NCBI GenBank assembly: GCA_963731515.1
Contig: CAVSVU010000017.1
Coordinates: 541,164 to 605,163, forward strand
From: an uncultured Actinomycetes bacterium
GTDB lineage: Bacteria; Actinomycetota; Thermoleophilia; Gaiellales; JAICJC01
Reading direction: 5' to 3'
Length of the DNA stretch: 64,000 nucleotides
Under the pieces are notes generated by a model. The model did not search any database, had not been told where the DNA came from, and saw only the letters and a list, made by a program, of their open reading frames with translations. Below are positions 49,655-59,658 of this stretch, piece after piece; position 1 is the stretch's first letter; every line of letters starts with the position of its first letter. Position numbers and translations under genes: made by a program.

Positions 49655-49860
49655 AGATGGTTGAGCGGTAACCCCCGTGATGTCCTGGGCGGCGAGAACC
49701 GAGCAGCGCGAGGACGCAGGGAGCGTTCATATTGGGCCGAAATATGGGCGCGACCGAGGACGCGGCGATGCGACGGTTCGCAGTCGCAGCTCCACCAGCG
49801 AATCGAACCCCCGCCAGCAGCCTGACGTCCAGGCGCGCGCGGGTTACCGCTCAACCATCT
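49655..49860. repeat. 206-bp element bounded by perfect 20-bp inverted repeats (AGATGGTTGAGCGGTAACCC / GGGTTACCGCTCAACCATCT); MITE-like or structured RNA
   Basis: Left arm is 49655-49674 and right arm 49841-49860. The interior has further helices (GAUGUC/GACGUC, CUGGGCGG/CCGCCAG, an 11-bp hairpin at 49722-49750 and UGCGAC/GUCGCA). The right arm overlaps the ruvB stop codon by 2 nt. Confidence 0.7.
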
Positions 49861-50887
49861 AAAAGAGGCGCGGGTCGCGGGCCGGGGCCGGCAGGCCGAG
49901 ATGCGCGTATCCGGCCGGCGTCACGACCCGTCCACGCGGCGTCCGCTGGAGCAGGCCGAGCTGGAGCAGGTAGGGCTCGTAGACGTCTTCGAGCGTGTCC
50001 GTCTCCTCGCCGATCGCCACGGCGAGCGTGGAGAGGCCGACCGGGCCGCCGCTGAAGCGCTCGGCGATGGCGCGCAGGATCTCGCGGTCGATCCGCTCCA
50101 GCCCGGCGCCGTCGACCTCGAAGAGCTCGAGCGCCTCGACGGCGATCGCATGCGTGATCTCGCCGTCGTGCCGCACCTGGGCGAAGTCGCGCACCCGGCG
50201 CAGGATCCGGTTCGCGACCCGTGGCGTGCCCCGCGAGCGGCGGGCGACCTCCTCGGTGCCGCCCTCGTCGATGCGCACGCCGAGGAGCCGGGCGGAGCGC
50301 TGCACGATGCGGGCGATCTCGGCCACGCCGTAGTAGTCGAGGCGGTGGGTGATCCCGAAGCGGTCGCGCAGCGGCGTCGTCAGGAGCCCGGTGCGCGTGG
50401 TCGCGCCGACGAGGGTGAACGGCTTCAGCTCCAGGCGCAGCGAGTGCGCCCCCGGGCCCTGGCCGATGACGATGTCGATGCAGCCGTCCTCCATCGCGGG
50501 GTAGAGCAGCTCCTCGATCGCGCGGTTCAGCCGGTGGATCTCGTCGATGAAGAGGACGTCGTCGGCCTCGAGCGCGGTCAGGATCGAGGCCATGTCGGCC
50601 TTCCGGTCGATGGCCGGGCCGGACATGATGCGCAGCGAGGAGCCCATCTCGGCGGCGATGATCCCGGCCAGCGAGGTCTTGCCCAGGCCGGGCGGGCCGG
50701 CCAGCAGCACGTGCTCGCACGGCTCGCCGCGGGCGCGGGCGGCCTCGAGGAAGATCGTGAGCTGCTCCTTCACCTGCTCCTGGCCGACGAACTCGGACAG
50801 GGTGCGCGGACGCAGCGAGCGGTCGAACTCCTCCTCGCCGGGGGCCAGGAACGCGTCGGGGATCCGGGGGCCGGCCTCGGCGCTCAT
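49859..50887 (-). CDS. ruvB: Holliday junction branch migration helicase RuvB
   Basis: 342 aa with Walker [10 protein letters not shown], Walker [12 protein letters not shown] and other RuvB-specific blocks. Confidence 0.95.
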   Translation of the reverse strand: MSAEAGPRIPDAFLAPGEEEFDRSLRPRTLSEFVGQEQVKEQLTIFLEAARARGEPCEHVLLAGPPGLGKTSLAGIIAAEMGSSLRIMSGPAIDRKADMASILTALEADDVLFIDEIHRLNRAIEELLYPAMEDGCIDIVIGQGPGAHSLRLELKPFTLVGATTRTGLLTTPLRDRFGITHRLDYYGVAEIARIVQRSARLLGVRIDEGGTEEVARRSRGTPRVANRILRRVRDFAQVRHDGEITHAIAVEALELFEVDGAGLERIDREILRAIAERFSGGPVGLSTLAVAIGEETDTLEDVYEPYLLQLGLLQRTPRGRVVTPAGYAHLGLPAPARDPRLF

Positions 50888-51489
50888 CCGCCCGCTCCGG
50901 CCGGGACGGCGCCGGAGAGGGCGAGGCGCACCCGCTCCTCGACCGGCAGGCCCTCGTCGACCGGCCGCAGGGCCGCCTCGGCCTCGGCGACCGACATGCC
51001 CAGGCCGACCAGCGCGTCGCGGGCGGCCGTGTGGTCGTCGCCGGCGGGTGCAGGGGCGTCTCCCCCGGCCGCGGGCAGCACGAGGCCGCCGACCTTGTCC
51101 TTCAGGTCGATCACGACCCGCTCGGCGGTGCGCCGGCCGATGCCGGGGATGCTCGTGAAGAGGGCGTGGTCGCCTGACTGCACCGCCCGCCGGATCTGGT
51201 CGGGCTCGTAGCCGGACACGATCGCGAGCGCGGCCTTGGGGCCGATGCCGGAGACACCCAGCAGGAGCTCGAACAGCGACCGCTCCGCATCCGACGCGAA
51301 CCCGAACAGCTGGAGCGCATCCTCGCGCACGTGCAGATGCGTGAGCAGCGTGACCTCGCCGTCGCCGGCCGCGGCCGCCCGGCGGGATGCCGACGTCGTG
51401 GTCGCGAGGCGGTAGCCGACGCCCGCGACGTCGAGCACCGTGACGCCGGCCGCGCTCGTCACCACCCGGCCGCGGAGCGACGCGATCAT
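50884..51489 (-). CDS. ruvA: Holliday junction DNA helicase subunit RuvA
   Basis: 201 aa. [10 protein letters not shown]... with HhH motifs [13 protein letters not shown] and [16 protein letters not shown] overlaps occur at both ends. Confidence 0.9.
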   Translation of the reverse strand: MIASLRGRVVTSAAGVTVLDVAGVGYRLATTTSASRRAAAAGDGEVTLLTHLHVREDALQLFGFASDAERSLFELLLGVSGIGPKAALAIVSGYEPDQIRRAVQSGDHALFTSIPGIGRRTAERVVIDLKDKVGGLVLPAAGGDAPAPAGDDHTAARDALVGLGMSVAEAEAALRPVDEGLPVEERVRLALSGAVPAGAGG

Positions 51490-51986
51490 CCGGCTGCCGC
51501 CTTCAGCGCGGCGTGGGTGCGGGAGGCGTGGGCGTGGCACACGGCGACCGCGAGGGCGTCGGCGGCGTGCTCCGAGGCCGGCGGGCGGGCGAGCCGCAGC
51601 GAGGCCGTCACCATCCGCTGCACCTGGGACTTGTCGGCGCGGCCGAACCCGCAGACCGTCATCTTCACCTCGGCCGGTGGGTAGCCCGCCGCCGGGATGC
51701 CGGCCCGTCCGCAGGCGGTCAGCACGGCGCCGCGGGCGTGACCGACCGACAGGATCGTGCGCGGGTTGCCGCCGACGAAGAGGTCTTCGAGGGCGACCGA
51801 CGCCGGCTCGTGCCGGGCGATGAGGTCCGACACCTCCGCGAAGATCCGCACGAGGCGCTGCTCCAGCGGCTCGCGCGCGGACGTGGCGATGACGCCGTGG
51901 TCCACGGCCTCCAACCGGCTGCCCTGCACCGTGATGACGCCGTACCCCGTCTCGGCGGTGCCGGGATCGATTCCCAGCAGGATCAT
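51486..51986 (-). CDS. ruvC: crossover junction endodeoxyribonuclease RuvC
   Basis: 166 aa. [17 protein letters not shown]... and C-terminal [13 protein letters not shown]. Confidence 0.9.
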   Translation of the reverse strand: MILLGIDPGTAETGYGVITVQGSRLEAVDHGVIATSAREPLEQRLVRIFAEVSDLIARHEPASVALEDLFVGGNPRTILSVGHARGAVLTACGRAGIPAAGYPPAEVKMTVCGFGRADKSQVQRMVTASLRLARPPASEHAADALAVAVCHAHASRTHAALKAAAG

Positions 51987-52067
51987 GTGCCCACTGTACC
52001 GCCCGGACCGGACGTCGGCCGAACGCGCGTTCGCGCACCAAAAGGGGTCTGACCCCGTTTGGTGCGC

Positions 52068-52820
52068 CTACCCCGCGACGGCTTCGAGCACCGCCTCCGG
52101 GATGTCGAAGTTCGCGTGCACCTCCTGGACGTCGTCCAGGTCCTCCAGCGAGTCGATCAGGCGCAGCAGCTGGCGGGCGCCGCTCTCGTCCAGCTCGACC
52201 GTGGTCTTCGGCACCATCGTCAGCTCGGCGGACGTGATCGGGATATCGGCGGCCTCGAGGGCGTCGCGCACGGCTGCCAGGTCGGTCGGCAGGGTCGTGA
52301 CCTGCCAGCTCGACTCGTCCTGGGACACGTCCTCCGCGCCGGCGTCCGCCGCCGCGAGCACCACGTCGTCCTCGCTCGCCTCGGCCGCCGGGATCAGGAT
52401 CACGCCCTTGCGCTCGAACTGCCACGCCACCGACCCGGGCGTGCCCAGGCTCGAGTTCGCGCGCGTGAACATCGACCGGACGTCCGCGGCGGTGCGGTTG
52501 CGGTTGTCGGTCAGCGCCTCGACGATGATCGCCACCCCCTCGGGCCCGTAGCCCTCGTAGGTCACGGCCTCGTACGCGTCGGAGCCCTCACCGCCGCCCG
52601 TCGCGCGGCCGATCGCACGCTCGATGTTGTCCTTCGGCATGGAGTACGACCGCGCCTTCGTGATCGCCGCCGCCAGGGTGGCGTTCGCCTCCGGGTCGGG
52701 CCCGCCCTCCTTCGCCGCGACGATGATCGCGCGCGAGAGCTTCGTGAAGAGCTGGCCGCGGCGCTTGTCCTCGGCGCCCTTCTTGTGCTTGATCGTCGAC
52801 CACTTGGAGTGCCCGCTCAC
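52068..52820 (-). CDS. yebC: YebC/PmpR family DNA-binding transcriptional regulator
   Basis: 250 aa starting [22 protein letters not shown], an invariant family N-terminus. Confidence 0.9.
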   Translation of the reverse strand: MSGHSKWSTIKHKKGAEDKRRGQLFTKLSRAIIVAAKEGGPDPEANATLAAAITKARSYSMPKDNIERAIGRATGGGEGSDAYEAVTYEGYGPEGVAIIVEALTDNRNRTAADVRSMFTRANSSLGTPGSVAWQFERKGVILIPAAEASEDDVVLAAADAGAEDVSQDESSWQVTTLPTDLAAVRDALEAADIPITSAELTMVPKTTVELDESGARQLLRLIDSLEDLDDVQEVHANFDIPEAVLEAVAG

Positions 52821-53413
52821 GCCGCCGCCTCCTCCCTGCCCGCGACCATGTCCGCGAAGCGGCCGTGCAGCCGCCGGTCGGCCGTGAGCTCGGGGTGGAA
52901 CGCGGTCACGAGGACGTTGCCCTGGCGCGCGGCCACCGGCCGGCCGTCGTGCTCGGCGACGACCTCGACCCCGTCGCCGATCCGCTCGATCTGAGGCGCG
53001 CGGATGAACACGCCCGGGATCGGCAGGTCCTCGCCGACCAGCCGGAGCGGCGACTCGAAGCTGGCCGGCTGGCGCCCGTACGCGTTGCGGCGCACGTCGA
53101 TGTCGATCATGTCCAGATAGCGCTGGTCGGGACGGCCGTCCTCGGCGTGGTGTGCGAGCACGATCATCCCCGCGCAGGTGCCCAGGAAGGCGCCGCCGCG
53201 GGCGTGGAGGTCGCGGATCGGCGCCTCCAGGTCGTACGCCTCGATCAGCTTCGACATGGTCGAGGACTCGCCGCCGGGGATGACGAGGCCGGCGAGCCCC
53301 TCGATGTCACGCGGCAGCCGCACCTCGACGGCGTCGACGCCGATGTCGCGCAGCGCGGCGACGTGCTCCCGGAACGCCCCCTGGAGGGCGAGGACGCCGA
53401 CGCTACCAGCCAC
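52817..53413 (-). CDS. pdxT: pyridoxal 5'-phosphate synthase glutaminase subunit PdxT
   Basis: 198 aa. [13 protein letters not shown]..., [18 protein letters not shown] and FHPELT. Confidence 0.9.
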   Translation of the reverse strand: MAGSVGVLALQGAFREHVAALRDIGVDAVEVRLPRDIEGLAGLVIPGGESSTMSKLIEAYDLEAPIRDLHARGGAFLGTCAGMIVLAHHAEDGRPDQRYLDMIDIDVRRNAYGRQPASFESPLRLVGEDLPIPGVFIRAPQIERIGDGVEVVAEHDGRPVAARQGNVLVTAFHPELTADRRLHGRFADMVAGREEAAA

Positions 53414-54287
53414 GGGTCTGCAGGAGGCCCTGCTCGCCCAGCTCCGAGATCTCGGTGCCGTGCATGGCCTCGCCGAGCCCGAACGACACCTCGGCCACGA
53501 TGCCGGCGTCGCCGAACTGGGTCGTCGCGCGCACGATCGCGGCCGCCATCGCGGCCGGGTCGGAGCTCTTGAAGATGCCGGAGCCGACGAAGAGGCCGTC
53601 CGCGCCGAGCTGCATCATGAGCGCCGCGTCGGCCGGGGTCGCGATCCCGCCCGCGGTGAACGTGACGACGGGCAGGCGCCCGTGGGCGGCGCAGTACTCG
53701 ACCAGCTCGTACGGCGCGCGGTGCTCCTTGGCGACCGAGTAGAGCTCGTCCGCGTCCATGTTCTGGAGCCGCTTGATCTCGCCCAGGATCGCGCGCATGT
53801 GCCGCACCGCCTCGACGACGTTGCCGGTGCCGGCCTCGCCCTTCGAGCGGATCATCGCCGCGCCCTCGCTGACGCGCCGCAGCGCCTCGCCCAGGTTGGT
53901 CGCGCCGCACACGAACGGGATCGTGAACTTCCACTTGTTGATGTGGTTGGCCTCGTCGGCCGGCGTCAGCACCTCGGACTCGTCGATGTAGTCGACCTCG
54001 AGGGCCTCGAGCACCTGCGCCTCGGCGAAGTGGCCGATGCGGGCCTTGGCCATGACGGGGATCTTCACCGCGTCCTGGATCTCGCGGATCTTGGCCGGGT
54101 CGGCCATCCGGGCGACGCCGCCGTCGCGGCGGATGTCGGCGGGGACGCGCTCGAGCGCCATGACGGCGCACGCGCCGGCGTCCTCGGCGATGCGGGCCTG
54201 CTCGGCGGTGGTGACGTCCATGATCACGCCGCCCTTGAGCATCTCGGCGAGCCCGCTCTTGACTCGCATGGTTCCGGTCTCGTTCAC
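53403..54287 (-). CDS. pdxS: pyridoxal 5'-phosphate synthase lyase subunit PdxS
   Basis: [17 protein letters not shown]...[13 protein letters not shown]...[10 protein letters not shown]...GEAGTGN. Start is GTG 54287 or ATG 54269. Confidence 0.95.
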   Translation of the reverse strand: MNETGTMRVKSGLAEMLKGGVIMDVTTAEQARIAEDAGACAVMALERVPADIRRDGGVARMADPAKIREIQDAVKIPVMAKARIGHFAEAQVLEALEVDYIDESEVLTPADEANHINKWKFTIPFVCGATNLGEALRRVSEGAAMIRSKGEAGTGNVVEAVRHMRAILGEIKRLQNMDADELYSVAKEHRAPYELVEYCAAHGRLPVVTFTAGGIATPADAALMMQLGADGLFVGSGIFKSSDPAAMAAAIVRATTQFGDAGIVAEVSFGLGEAMHGTEISELGEQGLLQTRGW

Positions 54288-54358
54288 AGCCCCTCGTCCC
54301 CTTCTATGGCGAGAATTCTCTCGCCCGATAGTGTAGACGCCGGGCCTGCTGCGGGGAG

Positions 54359-55048
54359 CTAGCCGCTGCTGCGGAGGCGCTCGAGACCCTCGGGGTCGAG
54401 CACCCAGACGAGTCTCTCGCGAACGTCGATCAGGCCGCCGTCGCGGAGCTCGTTCATGACCTTGGTGAGGGTCTCTCGGCTGGTGCCGATCATCTCGGCC
54501 AGCTGGACGTGCGTGAACCGCTCGTCGATGCGGATCCCGGTGTGCGTGACCCGGCCGTAGCGATCCATGAGCTGGAGAAGCTGGGAGGCGAGCCGGGCGG
54601 GGACGCCGCGGAAGGCGAGGCTCTCGAGCTGGTCCTCGGTCGTGCGCAGCCGCTCGGCCAGCGACCGGAGCAGGTTGAGCGCCATCTGCGGGTGGTCCGC
54701 GGTCGCCCGCTCGAGCTCCGCCGTCGGCAGCACGCGCACGACCGCGTCGGTCATCGCCTCGGCGTAGGCGTCGTGGAGCGCCTCGCCCTCCGGCGAGACA
54801 CGGCCGAACACCTCGCCCTCGTCGAGCATCGCCAGCGTGAGCTGGCGGCCGTCGTGGGCGCTGCGGTAGAGGCGCACGCGCCCGGTCTGCACGACGTACA
54901 TCGCGTCCGCCCGGTCGAACGGCGAGTAGATCAGCTCCCCCTTGCCGAATCGCGCGGCGCTGAAGCGCCCTCCGAGGTCCGCCAGCACCCGTTCGGGTAG
55001 GCCCTCCAGGATCTCGCTGTCGAACATATGGTCTGCGGTCTGGCTCAC
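54359..55048 (-). CDS. Crp/Fnr family transcriptional regulator
   Basis: 229 aa with a cNMP-binding beta-roll ([25 protein letters not shown]) and a C-terminal HTH ([23 protein letters not shown]). Confidence 0.85.
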   Translation of the reverse strand: MSQTADHMFDSEILEGLPERVLADLGGRFSAARFGKGELIYSPFDRADAMYVVQTGRVRLYRSAHDGRQLTLAMLDEGEVFGRVSPEGEALHDAYAEAMTDAVVRVLPTAELERATADHPQMALNLLRSLAERLRTTEDQLESLAFRGVPARLASQLLQLMDRYGRVTHTGIRIDERFTHVQLAEMIGTSRETLTKVMNELRDGGLIDVRERLVWVLDPEGLERLRSSG

Positions 55049-55155
55049 GGCTCCTCGTGCGTTCCTCTGCTACTACGGACGTCGAGGCGGACCGGTTCTC
55101 ACCGACCTGCACCGGTAGCATGGACCCGCTCGGAGCCACGAGCCAATTGATCGCC

Positions 55156-55229
55156 GGGGGTGTAGCTCAGCCGGTCAGAGCAGCGGACTCATAATCTGTT
55201 GGTCGCTGGTTCGAATCCAGCCGCCCCCA
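55156..55229 (+). tRNA. tRNA with CAU anticodon; resembles tRNA-Ile2 (lysidine type), elongator tRNA-Met not excluded
   Basis: Cloverleaf: GGGGGTG/CGCCCCC acceptor, GCTC/GAGC D stem, loop CTCATAA, T arm GCTGG-TTCGAAT-CCAGC. GACTCATAATC...TTGGTCGCTGGTTC resembles E. coli ileX as I remember it. Confidence 0.88.
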
Positions 55230-55297
55230 TCGCCTCTGCCAGGCCGTTTCGCCGCTCCCAGAGCGCGATTCGGCCTTCTCGGCCCGGTCTCTTCCGG

Positions 55298-55783
55298 TTA
55301 GCTCCCCCGAGTGTCGGGGCTGATCGGCAGCATCAGCGAGCAATAGCCGCCGACCAGGGTGTACCCGCTGTCGGCGTAGAGCCGGAGAGCAGCGTCGTTG
55401 TCTTCCTCGGTCTGCAGGACGAGGCGCAGGGCGCCCGATGCGATCGCAGCCGCTCGGACGGACGCGAGCAGGGCACGACCAACTCCGACGCGACGGTGCT
55501 CCGGGAGGACGAACAGGTCTCTGATCTGCCAGAGGTGCGCGAGCCGCAGCGATGCCGGAACCTCCGTCGTGATCGCAAAGCCGACGAACCTGGCACCGTC
55601 TTCTGCGACGAATGCGCGCAGGCGGCCCGTGCCGAGGTTCTGCTCCAGCCAACCCGCCGACCGTGAGACATCGGAAGCCTCGCCGTAGTGAACGCGATAC
55701 CGATCGAAGATCTCTGCAAGAGCTTCGATCTCGCCGGGAATCGGCGCAGTGAGAGCCCGGATGGAGACCGGCTCATCTCCCAT
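55298..55783 (-). CDS. GNAT family N-acetyltransferase
   Basis: ATG 55783. LFVLPEHRRVGVGRALL (motif A) and LRLVLQTEEDNDAALRLYADSGY. Confidence 0.8.
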   Translation of the reverse strand: MGDEPVSIRALTAPIPGEIEALAEIFDRYRVHYGEASDVSRSAGWLEQNLGTGRLRAFVAEDGARFVGFAITTEVPASLRLAHLWQIRDLFVLPEHRRVGVGRALLASVRAAAIASGALRLVLQTEEDNDAALRLYADSGYTLVGGYCSLMLPISPDTRGS

Positions 55784-55866
55784 GGCCGGGCCAACCAGAC
55801 AGGAAACCGGCGGATCGTTCCGAACCCTCTGCCTGCACACCCACAAAATAGAAAGGAGGGACGCAC

Positions 55867-56247
55867 ATGTCGTCGATCGACTCACGCAGCGGTGGTCGCA
55901 CCGGATGGGCGACGTTTGCGGCGATCTGGCTCGTCATCGCCGGATCGTTCAATCTCGTCGAAGGGATCACCGCGATCCACAGAGGCAACTACCTCGCCAA
56001 CGAGTTCCTGTTCTCAAGTCAGGACACGTGGGGGTGGATCCTCCTGATCTTCGGGCTCGTCCAGCTGGTGGCCGGGTTCATGCTGTTCTCCGACAATCCG
56101 ACGGGGAACCTGCTCGGCGTCGCCGCCGCAGCATTCGCGATCTTCATCTGGTTCTTCTTCCTGTTCGCCGCACCGTTGGGCGCGCTGATCGCGCTGATCG
56201 TGAACGGCCTCGTGATCTACGGCCTCACCATCGGACAAGAGCCGTAA
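55867..56247 (+). CDS. small integral membrane protein (4 TM, 126 aa)
   Basis: Strong RBS (AAAGGAGGGA) and four hydrophobic helices. Family not recognised. Confidence 0.7.
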   Translation: MSSIDSRSGGRTGWATFAAIWLVIAGSFNLVEGITAIHRGNYLANEFLFSSQDTWGWILLIFGLVQLVAGFMLFSDNPTGNLLGVAAAAFAIFIWFFFLFAAPLGALIALIVNGLVIYGLTIGQEP

Positions 56248-56258
56248 ACACCCGTGAT

Positions 56259-56290
56259 GTGGGCGGCCGGGACGCGTGCCGGCCGCCCAC
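56259..56290. terminator. 12-bp perfect hairpin GTGGGCGGCCGG-GACGCGTG-CCGGCCGCCCAC between convergent genes
   Basis: Located between stop 56247 (+) and stop 56326 (-). Confidence 0.6.
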
Positions 56291-56325
56291 GCGCTCGGGT
56301 GTCGATGCCCGGCGGGCGGAGCCGT

Positions 56326-57252
56326 CTACGCGCCCAGGCCGCCGAGGAGGCCGGACGAGTTCAACGGCGTGGCGCCGGCCGGGGCCGTGACGGTGAAGTC
56401 CTGGTTCCAGTCGCTGAACGTGATGTTCAGGTTCAGCGCGATGTCCTTCAGACCGCTGGTCTGGCTCTGGAGCGAGGGCGGCACGTCCATCGCGAACTGG
56501 ATGTTCTCGTTCGTCGGCAGGTGGGTCGAGCTGTCGAACGAGAGCGAGCCGTGGGCGGTCTTGATCGCCTGCTCGAGCTGTGCCATCTGGACCTTGTCCT
56601 TCGCCGTGATCCCGCTCTGGCTGACCTTGGACACGTCCGCGAAGAGCTTCGCGAAGTCGACGTCGGCCGAGATCGTGTCCTGGCCTCCCGAGGTGGAGAG
56701 GCTCAGGTTCTTCAGCCACTGGCTCGGGTCGAGGCCCGCGGCCTTGAGCGCGTCCAGGCCGCCGCTCTTCGAGGAGCCTGACGGGGACGAGCCCGCCCGT
56801 GACGTGAGGCCGCTCAGCGGCAGCGAGTGCCAGCCCGGGCCCATCACCAGCGGCAGCTTCACGTAGAGCGTCTTGCCGTCAGGCGAGAGCGCCTCGCCGG
56901 TGAGCGACCCACCGGTGTAGTTGAGCGCGAAGTTGACGTCGAACTTCGCCGTCCCGCCCGTCGCCTTGCCGGCGTGGCCCTTGAGCTCGAGCGTCAACGG
57001 GCCGTGCAGCAGGGCGGCGCCGGCGCCCACCCCCGCGAGGTTGCCGCCGAGCTTGATGCCGAGCTTCGCGTCGAAGGCGGCCGACGTGGCGTCCTTGGTC
57101 GCCGCGGAGGCGGCGTCGAGGACGCTCGCCGCCGTCGCCGTGCTGACCGATGACCCTCCCGTGGACGAGCCGCCCGAACCCGACCCTGAGCTGGAGCCAC
57201 AGCCGGCGACGAGCGCCGCGACGGCGAGGAGGAGGACGAGGGCGCGTTTCAT
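56326..57252 (-). CDS. lipoprotein (308 aa), function unknown
   Basis: ATG 57252 has an AAAGGAAG RBS. MKRALVLLLAVAALVAGC is a lipobox, followed by a Gly/Ser linker. Confidence 0.75.
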   Translation of the reverse strand: MKRALVLLLAVAALVAGCGSSSGSGSGGSSTGGSSVSTATAASVLDAASAATKDATSAAFDAKLGIKLGGNLAGVGAGAALLHGPLTLELKGHAGKATGGTAKFDVNFALNYTGGSLTGEALSPDGKTLYVKLPLVMGPGWHSLPLSGLTSRAGSSPSGSSKSGGLDALKAAGLDPSQWLKNLSLSTSGGQDTISADVDFAKLFADVSKVSQSGITAKDKVQMAQLEQAIKTAHGSLSFDSSTHLPTNENIQFAMDVPPSLQSQTSGLKDIALNLNITFSDWNQDFTVTAPAGATPLNSSGLLGGLGA

Positions 57253-57457
57253 GGCAAGGACTTCCTTTCGCGGAGCGATCCGCAGACCGGCAAGGAGGGG
57301 CGGCGCCGAGGGTCGCGCACGCCGGGTGAAGCTGGGGGGCCGGGCGCGTGTCCTCGCCCGAGTGGACTCAAAATATAGCCGCAACGCGCACGAGCCCTCG
57401 ACCGAATCTACGGCCGTACGGGCGGCCCGTCAACCCGTGTTCGGGTACCGTGGAGGC

Positions 57458-57883
57458 GTGTCGCTCCGCCGGCTCCGCTACCAGCTTCAGTGTGCGCGCT
57501 CCGGGCACGACGTGCGGCCGTACATGGTGGACGGGACGCACGTCGCCCAGCGCTGCCTGCGCTGCGGCGCCACCGTCGACGTGGCGGACCTCGAGGCGGC
57601 CGCCGAGCCCGCGCCGGACGTCGTTCCCGCGCGCCGCCTCGAGCCGCAGCCGTCGCAGCTCCCGCCGGCGCCGATCGAGCGCCCTCCCGAGGCGGACGGC
57701 GAGGTTCCGGCCGACGCCGACGAGCGAGCGGCCGCCGACCCGGACGACGCGGCAGAGCCCGGCGAGGACTCCACCCAGGCGGCCCTCTCCGCCCTGCGCG
57801 AGCTGGGCGAGCTGCACGCCGCGGGCGTGCTCACCGACCGGGAGTTCGCGCGCAAGAAGGCCGAGCTCCTGCGCCGCGTCTAG
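57458..57883 (+). CDS. zinc-ribbon plus SHOCT domain protein
   Basis: C..H...CLRCG near the N-terminus, an acidic/Pro linker, then C-terminal LRELGELHAAGVLTDREFARKKAELL (SHOCT). Start is GTG 57458 or ATG 57524. Confidence 0.6.
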   Translation: MSLRRLRYQLQCARSGHDVRPYMVDGTHVAQRCLRCGATVDVADLEAAAEPAPDVVPARRLEPQPSQLPPAPIERPPEADGEVPADADERAAADPDDAAEPGEDSTQAALSALRELGELHAAGVLTDREFARKKAELLRRV

Positions 57884-58119
57884 CGCGGCCGCTCAGCGCT
57901 TGGCGCCGCTCGCCGCCGCCGCTCGGCGTCGAGCTGGCTCTCCGCCTCGTCCAGCGCCGCCGCCACGTCGCGTGACGAGACGACGTACCCCCACGGCTTC
58001 CCGCCCTCGCGGCGGATGAAGTGGCCGGTGTTGGCGTAGAAGACGAACTGCAGGCCAAGCGCCTCCGCGCTCGTCTCGATGCGCTGGACGCGTTCCTCCT
58101 CGGTTTCCGTGTCTGCCAC
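57880..58119 (-). CDS. hypothetical protein (79 aa)
   Basis: The ORF track sequence MADTETEEERVQRIE...FVFYANTGHFIRREGGKPWGYVV has protein-like composition. No domain recognised. Confidence 0.45.
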   Translation of the reverse strand: MADTETEEERVQRIETSAEALGLQFVFYANTGHFIRREGGKPWGYVVSSRDVAAALDEAESQLDAERRRRAAPSAERPR

Positions 58120-58251
58120 GCTGTGACCCGGGTCCAGCCTAGCGGATCAGCGGCCGCCGCGAGCGGTGGCTCGGGCAGTCATTCGTCAAAATCACCCCAC
58201 ACTGCGACGAAGAATGACAGGTCCGGTATTGCGATCTGTAAGCTGGTGCCG

Positions 58252-58671
58252 ATGGCGAGCGGCGGGAACAGGTTCCCGGGTCCGGATCGGCGTCGACATT
58301 TCCGGGTCGAGGGCGAGTGGAGCATCCGCGTGGCGGCCGTCGAGCAGACGGGTGCGATCTCCGAATTCGAGGCCAGGGCGCTCAACATCTCGATGGGCGG
58401 CGTGCTCGTCGAGACGGCCGTCCAGGCGAACCTGTGGGTCGACAAGTCCATGTCGATCACCTTCCCCGCCGCCGGGACGCCGGTGCCGGCGGTCGTGCGC
58501 CGCTTCCTCGACTACGGCGACGAGGGCCGCACGACCACCCGCTGGGGCGTGGAGTTCACCGAGCTCTCGCTCGAGGTGAAGGCGACGTGGACGCGGTTCC
58601 TGTTCTCCGAGGCGCGCCGGCTGGGCCAGGAGGCGGCCCATCGCGAGTTCCTCGCCCGAAGGCCGACGTGA
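58252..58671 (+). CDS. PilZ domain protein (putative c-di-GMP receptor)
   Basis: DRRRHFRV (RxxxR) and LNISMGGVLV (D/NxSxxG) motifs. ATG 58252. Confidence 0.75.
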   Translation: MASGGNRFPGPDRRRHFRVEGEWSIRVAAVEQTGAISEFEARALNISMGGVLVETAVQANLWVDKSMSITFPAAGTPVPAVVRRFLDYGDEGRTTTRWGVEFTELSLEVKATWTRFLFSEARRLGQEAAHREFLARRPT

Positions 58672-58756
58672 TCCCGGCCTGGGACGGGCACGAAGCCGCC
58701 CACACTCCCCCGAACGAGGGGTTTCGCAAGGCCCCATCGGGGCGATCACTACCCTG

Positions 58757-59428
58757 ATGAGCGAGAACCAGCGCGCCTTCTTCCGCATCGACGCCGTCGT
58801 GCCCGTCGTCGTGCACCGCCTGGACCGGGACGGCAACCCGTGGGACGAGTTCCCGGGCGAGACCGTCGACCTGTCGGCGGGCGGCCTGCTGCTCTCGGCG
58901 GGCGAGTACGTGCCCACCGGGCACCCGATCGAGGTGGTGGTCTCGTCCTCCTCGCCGCCGCTCGAGCTCCGCAGCCGGGCGCGCATCGTGCGCAGCTGGC
59001 GCACCGCCTCGGGCGAGTGGCTCTCCGGCGTCTGCTTCGAGCGCCTCGGCTCCCAGGCGGAGCGCGACCTCGTCCGGTTCTGCTTCCTCAAGGAGCGGGA
59101 GATGGCCGAGCGGGTGAGCAACGTGCGCATCGACATCGCCATCCCGACCCGGCTCGAGCGCAGCGACCGCTCCATCCACCGGGCCTCGACGGTGAACATC
59201 TGCGCCGACGGCGCCCGCGTCACCGCGCCCTGGGACGCGGATCGCGGCGAGGAGGTCACGGTGTCGTTCTCGGAGGAATGGTTCGGCCGCGAGCTGAGCA
59301 TCCTCGCCCGGGTCGGCCGTCGCGACGAGCGCGGCTTCGACCTCGAGTTCTGCGAGCCGACGCGGGCCGACCGCGCCGCCATCAACCAGCTCATCATGGC
59401 CGAGGAGCGCCGCCGCCGGGTCGCCTAG
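58757..59428 (+). CDS. tandem PilZ domain protein
   Basis: The first module has QRAFFRI and VDLSAGGLLL. The second is a degenerate module (VSNVRIDI...NICADGARV). Confidence 0.7.
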   Translation: MSENQRAFFRIDAVVPVVVHRLDRDGNPWDEFPGETVDLSAGGLLLSAGEYVPTGHPIEVVVSSSSPPLELRSRARIVRSWRTASGEWLSGVCFERLGSQAERDLVRFCFLKEREMAERVSNVRIDIAIPTRLERSDRSIHRASTVNICADGARVTAPWDADRGEEVTVSFSEEWFGRELSILARVGRRDERGFDLEFCEPTRADRAAINQLIMAEERRRRVA

Positions 59429-59453
59429 CGCCGTCGTCGACCCGGTCGTCGCG

Positions 59454-59558
59454 TCAGAGGATGCGAATGACGATGACGACGATCACGATGATGATGATCA
59501 GCCCGATGATGCCGACGCCGGTGCCGAGCGCGAGCACGGGGAGAAGTGCGGGGGTCAT
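59454..59558 (-). CDS. 34-aa single-pass membrane micropeptide (MTPALLPVLALGTGVGIIGLIIIIVIVVIVIRIL)
   Basis: Not in the ORF track because it is too short. ATG 59558 is preceded by GGAGGT at a 6-nt spacing. The TGA stop is at 59456-59454. Located directly downstream of the FtsX permease gene. Confidence 0.55.
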   Translation of the reverse strand: MTPALLPVLALGTGVGIIGLIIIIVIVVIVIRIL

Positions 59559-59658
59559 GGGGTACCTCCGGTAGCGGGTCGCCGCGCGCGGGGGTTCGCG
59601 GCGGCCGCGTTCTCGGTGCCCTGGCAGGCGCGATCCGAAACCTGGGAGGCGTCAGGCG

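Noticed and set aside
49655-49860. Possible tRNA, tRNA-Sec or tmRNA gene because of the GGGGGTTCGATTC and GGTTGAGCGGTAACC motifs
   Set aside because: The T stem, anticodon stem and acceptor cannot be paired into a cloverleaf. The candidate UCA loop lacks U33. I kept it only as tRNA-like fragments within the inverted-repeat element.
49630-49860. preQ1 riboswitch upstream of the queA-tgt genes
   Set aside because: No small hairpin with the A-rich tail typical of preQ1-I or preQ1-II could be found. Such riboswitches usually control queCDEF or transporters, not queA.
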